Assembly (NCBI GenBank): GCA_000934665.2
Contig: JYFJ02003248.1
Location: 1-44,556 of the forward strand
Origin: Catajapyx aquilonaris
Lineage: Eukaryota
Length of the DNA: 44,556 nt
Direction of reading: 5' to 3'
Below the pieces are notes generated by a model. It was not told where the DNA came from. It saw nothing but the letters and a program-made list of their open reading frames with translations, and did not search any database. Every line of letters begins with the position of its first letter. The stretch's first letter is position 1. Made by a program: the position numbers and the translations under genes. This document shows, piece by piece, positions 35,187-44,556 of the stretch.

Positions 35187-38100
35187 GTTAGTGTAGATTT
35201 TTGCTTTGTGTTTTGTAATTATTAAGCACACATACACCGAATGAGACTGTACGTAATTTAGATTAATTCCGATTTTGTCTTCAAAATTAATAAAGGCAAG
35301 ATCTCAGGGAAGACCATGCCTGCCATGTTATTTCACACCACCATCCAGAATGTGTTTGAAGTTCATTATCTGGCAGGTATCTGCTGATATTAAATATCAT
35401 AGTGATTATCTCCTCCCTAGAAGTTCCTCGTCGGATGTTGTCGGAATCATTACGGAATGTGAGCATAATTAAGAATTTTGCCTGGATATGTATTTTATAC
35501 AAAATGGACATGATAAGTTTGTGAAGCATTTCAACGTTGTACTGTACCTGCGATTGTATAGGCAACTTTTTCTTGCATATTAAAGATCCAATATCATTAA
35601 TCAGGTTTATGCAAGATATATGCCTTCACAATTTTGCGATCTTTCTCTCTCGCCCTAGTTTCCTCTTCAGTCAATACTCTACGCTCGAGTCAAGCCCATT
35701 TCTCTGATCTTTGAGTGCCATTTCATACTATACAGGCCCACTCTATTGAAAATATATTGTTCTATATGGGCATCAAATGAAAAAAATATATTGCTGGATT
35801 GCCTCAGCATTGTGACAAAACTAGTAGATCTTCTTTACATTGAAATAATACTATCGCCCTTGACTTTTAAACCAGTGTGAAATCATTCTTCCCATATTTT
35901 ATCCCACTCACAGTAGGGTACATCTAGATATTTGTAAGAAGTTATACAACTCGTTCGCGAGATTTGCAGAAGGCTCCAGGGTATGTCAAACCGATATTAC
36001 TGCAAACATATCGATCACACTAAAGTACAGATTCTGGTTTTTTTCCATACTTCAAGGTGCAGACTCCTGTAAACCTGCTGTGCTATTGACGAGTGAATGA
36101 ACGTGATATCAGATTCACACTTTGCATAATTAGCAGCAACATATGGATTAAACGCATATGTTTTAAATGATTTGTGCTTTTATTTAACATTCATATAGAT
36201 GTACTGTATACTATAGTTATCGACAAGCCACATTACCCACATAAAAATAGTAGTGAAAAATCCCCACCTGTCATCGGTTACAACCACCTCCGTCATTCGC
36301 TTGATTATCGCCTTCTCAAGGGACCACCCCTTTCTAATTGACAGGGAACAAAAGCAATTTGTCGTAGGACAGTCCTCTATCTCTTCTCTAAGACGAGGTG
36401 ACGCTCGCTCTGTCTGCCCGGCTCCATTAGATTTTGCTTCTGTGAGGCCGGTGCTGCCACTTTCATTTCCACATGGGGAAGTGCCACCAATTTGGGGCAG
36501 AGATGGCAGAATGTTACTTACCTATATACACCTGCGTGGGAAGGAGCTGGGAAATTTTTTCGCGCCTCGGGTGTAATCGTATTTCCTTCTCGAATCTTCG
36601 ATCAATACCTTTCATGTAGGAGTTATTTCTTATAATATAGAGTGTACAATGACATCTGTGACTTTACTCCAAAGAATTACTTGTAAAAATGTCAAAGTTT
36701 GAGACACATTTTTTTTTGGTAGCTAAGAAAATAACTTTCAGCAATAACGCTGAATGAGAAATATACATGTACAGTATAGTGTTAGTTCTGATTACGGCAA
36801 CCACAGTCACATCTCCGGCTATTGGAGAAATGAGAAGAGTATTAAATTCCTCTAGCTGTTAATTCTTTTGTCCCTTTTTATTACAGTATGAATAACAATA
36901 AAACATGTTTTGCGAAATTGTAAATGACGGGAAAATAATTATACCTAAGACCTGGTGCACTGAAATTAATTCGTGAGGACCATCCGGTTACTCATATAGC
37001 ACAACCAAGATAATATATTGTAATATTACAGAAACGTGGCTTCCTTCCGGTCTATTGACAAAATAATTTGCAACGCATCTTCTCAAAATAATAAATGCCA
37101 TTTTTAATGAGCTCGTAAGTTAGCTATGCATTATTGATCGTATAATATTTTACGACCCAATACTCAACGCGCCTATAGTGGAAGATCACTAAGATTTGCG
37201 TCCATGTAATCGCTCCCCTCACTCTTTAAAGCCGTGCAAGATTTATAGGAAGCAATAAAATTTTAAAGAGTTCTTCATGATTTAGGCTCTCTCTGGTTTT
37301 CTGTTTGCACCCTGATAGGAGTGACCATCAGTGGGTCATTTTATAAAGCTTTAGGAATTGCTCAGGCTGAGCCGAGCCGGGCAGTGAAATACACTCCTCT
37401 CTTATTCGTCTTCGAAGATATACGACACAAAATGCGTTGGCGAGATTGCTTGGCAGACAAGTTTTTGCATATATAATGATGGGCATTGCACCAGCATGCA
37501 TACCAGTTTCATACCCAGTCCAAGCTAGCTGCATCACATTATTTTGATATGAGATCATTAAAAGGGAGCATCTGGTTCAGCCGAGGATGGCCAGTGCCAA
37601 ATCGGTTGTTTTATACCAGTTTTAATGCCCTTTTAATTATGACATTTGTTTATTTTGTTACCAAGAATCAACATATTTTTGACCTGGAGGAACCTGGAGA
37701 AAGGAAAGGGGAAGGGGGGGAAGACAGAAAGAGGAGAGACGACATGGTGGGATGTACTGTATGTCTCTCTTTTCGTTAAGTTCTACAGTAAGTTATACGG
37801 TTACTACAGTATTACTGAATATTTGTCAGGCTACCATTTTGCACTTTATAAATGGATAATTAAAAGTTCACAATGAGCATAACGTGTGTGGACAAGAACC
37901 CATTTTTTTGCCTGCATCAAAAGAAATTGATACGAAATTTTAATATTTTTTGCTGACATTTCGTGCAGGAATTCGATATTTTATTGTTTCCGCTAGAATT
38001 CCGATAAGATTTTGACGGGCTTTTTCTTGGTAACATTTCTTGAACCCGGAATGTTGTACTACTGTATGAGAGCAGTCCGTAATGTATTGTAACCTTGATT

Positions 38101-39434
38101 GAGATCCCCGTGATTGTGTACCAGCAATGTATTTCATGTTTCATATGGAATTTTAGCACACATGGGCAGAAACCTTAAGTCCCGTACACAAATGGGACTT
38201 ATTTTGATGTACTCAAAATATGGGGGTCTTTGCGCTCCTACACACAACAAGAATTTCATCTACTTCAGCACTATACGACTATGTCGTCATCCTCACAATC
38301 GCCTCCAGAAGGGGCCAATGTCTCATCAACTTTTTAAATTGGCTTCCTTGCCGGCACATGAACTTATTTCACTCTCTGAATCTGAATATTAATGGCTGAT
38401 AATCTACATGATACTCAAGAGATGTGTAGAAATGTTGTATCAGTATGATTTAGGGTGTATCTGCGTCGTGAGATGTTGCTTTAAAGACTGGGACATACTA
38501 CATGAATTTTAAATCGATAGATCCTAATGCCAAAAAACAACGGAATATAATCCTCTCTCATCCACCCTCCAGGCAATCTATATCTCGGCTATTTTATTCC
38601 TTTACATTAACCGCCGACTTCCATCGCAGAATATTAAAACCTATTCTGAATTCACCGTGCAGCTAGAAAACTTTAAACCCAATTGATTTTACTCCAACTC
38701 CTATGATCAGCTCATTAAACCCGCCAGTTTTTTCCCCCAAGTTTCTGTTTGCCGAAACAAATCGATTTGAAACGTACCGTGAATTATCCACGTCCAACTC
38801 AGAAAACGCCCATCTCAGGCTTTTATCTCCCTTGATGTTGCATGTCGGTACGATGTGATTTTCTGCCTCTTTGGCTCTTTAAGCGACATCGCTGCCAGCC
38901 CAATCTCTCTAATTTGTTCATTTGCACGCCCACTCGTACTCACTATGTGTTGCCGCTAATTGCACTGCCAGCCAGAAGCCGAATCCCAACGCGGTAAAAA
39001 CTGGGCGTAATACTCCAATTTGGCAAAAGAAAATCTGCAAACACTATTCATATCCGTTGCTGAAAAGTTGGGCTGCTGATGCATGGATGGGAGGCGGACA
39101 TAAATTTTTCAATGAGTGTCAGGTGAGATTATACGATGAGCGTCATAAAGAGGAGCAATTTACAGCGTTGGGGACATGTCGTCGTGGACATTAACCCTAT
39201 TCCATACCCCCTGTACGTTTCCTTGAAAATTGCATTTGAATTTCAAATAGATCCCGTTTCGCTCGAGTTTTGCTCCGCCATGAGCAGGAATGAAGGGCTA
39301 TAAAATGACGTTTCTTATACCGTCGATTCCAATTAAAGGAGTCAGGTTTGAGAGAGAATGCGACTTTTGCATACATTATATGGCTTAAATTGCATGCTGG
39401 GAGTTTGTTACATTATGTCTTGATATCATTTTAG

Positions 39435-39562
39435 GACAATCAGTGCATGCGGATCAAGATTCTGGGTGACTGCTACTACTGCGTGTCAGGACTGCCAGTG
39501 TCACGTCCAAACCATGCGTCCAACTGCGTCATGATGGGACTGGAGATGATCGAAGCCATCAA
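39435..39562 (+). CDS. Ac76E: Adenylate cyclase exon, C1a with second metal-binding Asp ([42 protein letters not shown]); no further exon found in the window
   Basis: ttttag acceptor and gtacgt donor; 128 nt, phase 0/2; signature [16 protein letters not shown]. Confidence 0.97.
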
Positions 39563-40335
39563 GTACGTATATTCTCTTTTCATATACATCCTTAAAGTGA
39601 AAAGCAAGGTGATATTCCTCATTTCTTCCTTTTTTTCCTGAAAGGCGAATAAATCCCTCACTCCCTTTTTCGAGGTGACGAAAGCTCTGAAAAGGAGCTG
39701 AGCTGATATTTTTTCCCTGTGACTTCCGTTGTAAAGAAAGAAAAAAGTAGGGAGAATGTCAGAAACGTGAGGAGTTTGTTTTATTCAGTCAGCACAGAAA
39801 AGGTGGGTCTCTGTAGAACTCCCATCCGGGACCTGCTTTTCACAATGTTAGGAGGTGAAGGTGGTCAGGAAAAAAAAAGTATAAGAAGAAAAAGAGACGA
39901 AAGTAAAGTTCACAGGAAGGATCAACCAAGTGAAGTGATATACAGCAGGAGAAAGCGTCAAGTCTCGTGAGATATTAACACGGTTAAAGTGTGACAGGAA
40001 AGGTCGCGTGACTTGTCTATAAATCTAAAAAAGATTAAATCCAGAACCTGCATCTTGCATGAAATAATAGGAATGAAGGATGATATATGGTCGAGTCCGA
40101 GGTAGTAAATAATGTTCATGCGACCCTTTACATATGCGAACCTGCCAACCCAAGAGTGGAGTTGTGGTGAATGAGCTGTACTGGTCTGACAGTGGTACCT
40201 GAGAACTAATCTCGAATTGCCAGTGTTTTGGCAATATACCAAGTATAAAGTAGAGTTACTTTAAAAATGAAACATGTAGAGCAATTTTGGTAAAACGTTT
40301 AAATTGCGAAAAGTATTTATTTATAGTTTATACAA

Positions 40336-40469
40336 TCTGTTAACCAAAGAACGATATGACGTCACAGCAGCCGTGTTTTCTGAGCATGCTTGCAGAACTA
40401 ATCGGGAACATGATTGGAGGAGCAGAGGGGGGCTGAACGTGACGTCATACCGTTCTTTAGTTTAACGGA
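40336..40469. mobile_element. MITE-like element with about 30-bp inverted repeats
   Basis: tctgttaaccaaagaacgatatgacgtcac compared with the reverse complement of the right arm, tccgttaaactaaagaacggtatgacgtcac. Confidence 0.7.
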
Positions 40470-41325
40470 CTCAGCAAAATCCTTAACGAAGTAAACATTA
40501 TTGGTAGCTATTTTGAAATGTATTTGGAAACCATCAGATCTTACCCAAACCCATGCTCTACAATTATTTACAACTGCTTAACACACGAGGTGGGAATGTT
40601 CTTGTTAACCAATTTTATCCAGTTTGCGTGAGAGATAGCATTACTGATCCCTCTTTACACCGCCATTGTGATTGCACGTCGATATTTTTTTTCTGACAAG
40701 TTCTGGTCACAACTATCTCACCATATATTACACCAAGTTCTAGGGCTAGTTATGGATCCATCCTCAGGTAAAGCAAAACTTCAAATATTCTATAGGGTGT
40801 GATCATGTGAATGGGTAGATGACAACCTACCTCCCTTTCGTGTCCGTATTTTCCACGGTCACTGCTACATGGCACGCTATTCCCTACATCGATTACCACT
40901 ACCGGTAGTGTCCTTTCCACTCACCTGAAAATATATATGCATGAACTCTATTAGGCTATACCGATATCACGGGTGAGCTATAATCAGACTTGGAATTAAT
41001 TAGCAGCAGTAGACAGGAAAAGGTGATATAATCTAATAATCAGGTGAATTTCTCGGAGGAAGTTTCTTGTATATGCGTCTTCCTACTTGTTGATTAATGA
41101 GAATTAATTAGGCTAGATGACACTTGACGAGTTTGGAGGTCAGACTGGAAGCAATTAGAGACTAAAGGAGATGGAGACCTAATGATTGTCAAGTCTGTCC
41201 ACTTTGGCGTTACGGAACAATTCGCTCTTCATGTCGTTAAAGCCGGGGCTACAATGTAGGAATGAGGAGAGTACAAATGGGTATTTTGGGCTGCTTGGCA
41301 CAGTTTGGAATTATGGCAATATATA

Positions 41326-41633
41326 CAGTATACGATCATTTGTCAGTTCCTTTTTTGATTACATTTTTCAGGTGGAGGGCTATTTTTCCAATGGTTATCT
41401 TGAAAATTTCATTCTCGACGCGACGACCGGTGCTCAGTAGTGTCAGAATACTGTACGTAAAAAGAGTTAAGATTATTATCCTGGCACTGCAGGGCCACCT
41501 GTAAGCCGCCTTTGGTCGTAGGAAAGTATAATTCACAGGATAAATTGGTGGACCTTTGGTAAAATATCGCTCCATACCTGGAAAACTTCATCAAAAAAGG
41601 AACACATGTTCCGTTTGTTTCAGTGATATACTG
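41326..41633. mobile_element. TA-flanked MITE (about 308 bp), probably Tc1/mariner/pogo superfamily
   Basis: TA|CAGTATA...TATACTG|TA. Internal inverted blocks gttccttttttgat / atcaaaaaaggaac and ttttcaggtggagggctatttttccaa / ttggtaaaatatcgctccatacctggaaaa. Confidence 0.7.
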
Positions 41634-41685
41634 TACATGGTGTTCTGTATAGGGCTATAATAATACTTCAATGGCAACGCTCTAC

Positions 41686-41854
41686 AACTTCTGGATACCA
41701 GAGGATCACTTTATGTGCAAGAATTCCTTGGTGACCCCAGCCTTGTTACTACGCAATTAGCATTCTTCAGTGAATACATTATCTCATTTCTCATATCGCC
41801 GATACTGTGTACTGTACCATCACATCGAAGCACCGGTACGCGGTAATGAGGCTG
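41686..41854. mobile_element. Partial second copy of the 17948-18197 element family
   Basis: The 16-bp string CAGAGGATCACTTTAT is identical at 41699-41714 and 17962-17977. Inner inverted pair cagccttgttac / gtaatgaggctg. Confidence 0.5.
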
Positions 41855-43513
41855 CTATTGGGAGGGAAGCATAATTGCCAGGATATGTTAATCATTGCGT
41901 TTGAAGCTCATTATCTTTATATGTCGGAGACCAAATGGCACCTATGACCTGGATGGCCCTGAATGATATACATCCGAAATGTGTATGCATTATTAAAAAT
42001 TCCGTACACGAAATGAAGCTCACAAGAATTATGATTTTATATACAGTATACGCACGACTTACATCACATCCTAAAAGCATTTTGTTACACATAACATGCA
42101 TAGAGTCATGTCATGAAGACTATATACTGCCTGGAAAATCTCAAGTAGGATTTTGTATTATATTTGATGCACCACTGCATTTGAGAAAGGATGCCAAGAA
42201 AAAGTTGGAACTCACTGTGCCTATAGGCCTAGATAAAATCAGTACGGCAATGCGACGTTGGCATCCGGAGGGGAAAGTATAAACGAATTAGCTAAAAATA
42301 GGCCAAAAAAAATCCCTTAACCACAAAAAAGCATTTGATCATTCTCAATAAAGGGAATACAATATGAGACCTCATTAGTGGTATTAAAACAAGGCTTGTG
42401 TGCAGGCTCCGTTCGAATCAGTGCAGCTTTTAAGCCCATAATAAAATCTCACACCCGGTTAACATGACGGCCTGCAGTGGGTCTCGGAAAATGCAATAAG
42501 CGCAGTGATCGTAACTCTTCAGGTGTGGGAATATAGGAAATATCTTACTGTAATATTCTGTTGGCCATTACTATTCATATAGTTTTATCTTACTAGTTTG
42601 AATCAAATGCAGCTTTTAAGCCTATTCTCTAATGAGGTATTGGGAAAGAAATTACTTTCAAGCCTGCTTACTAGGTTTACGGCAAAACATTTTATTTGAC
42701 TGTCATTTAATATTACCTAAGTGTATGAAGTAAAGTAATATCATACAAGGTTTTCTTAGGAAGGTTCGTCAGTATCGCGTGCAAACTGAGCCAGTGAACT
42801 CCATCTAGCCTATATATTCCAATTTTTCGACAGAAGGAGACCACAAGGGCTTCAAATGTTTTATGCATTACTCTGGAATCATGCTGCGTGATTTGTGAAA
42901 TTTCTTGTATAATTGAAGACGAGTTAGCTGCACAGGGACTATTGTAAATTAGCAATGAACAAAAAACTGCTGGAGTATTTTGGAAAAAACGGCCACCTAC
43001 TTAAACATGTAAGATGGGTAAAAAAATATAGTACTGCAAAAGCAAAAACCACGTACTGCGTACAGTATACGAATAACACACTAATATTGCACATATTCTT
43101 TTGCCAATCTTTGAAGGAACTTTTTATGAGCGACAAAAAATTATGACTATAGTTTTCCCCCCACCTATCACGCCTTATGTTCATATGTTGAACTTGCCAG
43201 ATCTTTGTTACTTGACGCCCCGTGAAGCAAACTAAAGAGTCATCCATGCGGCAGGCAGTGACTAAGATCTACACAACTTGCAAACTTAGTGGTGCAACAT
43301 TTACCAGGCGCCTATAGTTATAATGAAGTAGAAATTAATGAAGACGTGCCAATAGTGAGTCAGACTCGCAGTATTTGGTGCTTGTGAGATTGGGTAGTGG
43401 TACATCATAAAGCAAGAGCGACATAAATATTTCTTACCCTGATTTACATCACCATTAATTAAATCCCTCCCGAGACGAATCCGGAGACAACCCAACTCAG
43501 CACGAGGGGCCAT

Positions 43514-43534
43514 GAATCGAACCCGAGACCTTTC
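43514..43534 (-). mobile_element. Possible degenerate tRNA-derived SINE head (box B)
   Basis: Minus-strand GAAAGGTCTCGGGTTCGATTC resembles GAAAGGTCGCGGGTTCTAATC of the 10582 copy; no clear box A or tail. Confidence 0.35.
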
Positions 43535-44556
43535 AACCCACTTTGCCTTCCAATGCATTATAGACTGTGGTTGATACCTTTCTCCAGTGCTATCCGTATA
43601 TACTGTTCCATCTCTCGGAGGGACACTACAGACTCCTATAACTTCTCTTAGGCTCCTAGCATTGGCTCATCAATTAAACTCAAAAGCCTCTTGGCAGGAC
43701 CCTTTTGATGTCCTACATTCACTATGTACAGGTTTAGGGAGGCTAATCCTACTTGGCCATTGTGGGACTCAACCGCACCTGATGCCCAGACCTGGGACAG
43801 GCCACACCTGTCCCTTTCTCAACAATGAACCCTATACAGGCTAGAGTAGACCCAAAAATGATCTAGCTGCACGCTATAAAATTCCCGCGCTCACAAAGTC
43901 TGCTAACTTTTAAAACTGGATTGCATTTTAGAAGGATTGCTATCACAGTCAGGGGAGATGAGATGATACCAGACCTTGGTGGAATTAGCCCGACGTCGAG
44001 AACGCGTTATGCATACGCAGTGAAGACTCATGACGTGCAGTTATAGCGTCAGACTTGCATTATGAGAGTGGCTGACAGGTGAGAAATTAGAATAGCGGAA
44101 CTCTCTCATTTTGGGGTAATTAAGACTGTGTCGGTCAGAATTACATGCATGGAAATTACTCACACCTAAGGTCGGCTGTTGTCAAGATATATGCTCACAA
44201 ATCCGACGCCATCCGAGAGTTCATCTTACATCTCGCAATACGTATTAGCCAGTGTGCTCTGTTAGGATAATTCGCAAACGGTACAAGATGAAACATCATT
44301 ATCTACCTGCGAGAAAATAATGAACCCACCAAAAACCTTTCTGTAAAAAAAGGCCAAGTTCTCCTGACTGCTTGGCCGTAAAAAGTGGTGAGATCTGAAA
44401 TATACGGCCAAGTTCAACGTCGTTGTCAATTACTGGCATTCTGAACTTCTTCAACCTAAACCATTAACTTTATTTTTCCAGGTCGACCTTAAGTTTAATC
44501 ATCGAAAGATTTTAATGGAATTTCTCTTGCTGTAACTTGGCCATTGCTCTTAAAAC

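Noticed and set aside
40621..40640. Next cyclase exon (expected K/R-VREATG)
   Set aside because: The frame after the candidate acceptor stops within five codons; the true exon probably lies beyond the window.
1..44556. CRISPR array, operon or prokaryotic defence system
   Set aside because: The sequence is spliced eukaryotic DNA with no regularly spaced repeats and no long ORFs.

Overview
AT-rich eukaryotic genomic DNA, most likely from an arthropod (TATA plus TCAGT initiator promoter, Ac76E-type cyclase). Two genes are supported. (1) A complete two-exon minus-strand gene (CDS 2131-2123 joined to 2002-1745) encodes an 88-aa secreted His/Gly-rich, Cys-free peptide that I cannot assign to a family. 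It has a TATA box, initiator and polyA signal. (2) Seven plus-strand internal exons (18364-39562) of a membrane adenylate cyclase of the AC2/Ac76E group cover the six-helix M1 region and the first part of catalytic domain C1a. Its start exon was not found, and no further exon was found after 39562, so the gene presumably continues past the window. The rest is intron or intergenic DNA. It contains a tRNA-derived SINE family (one full copy with an 18-bp TSD, one head-only copy, and one tail copy behind a long hairpin), several MITE-like fold-back elements (two of which each carry a pair of perfect TGACGTCA/CRE octamers inside cyclase introns), a 68-bp near-perfect palindrome and an (AAT)n microsatellite. 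Nearly all entries in the ORF track are chance ORFs. I found no convincing novel multi-gene system. The best leads are the orphan peptide, the SINE tail whose structure is conserved, and the CRE-bearing MITEs.
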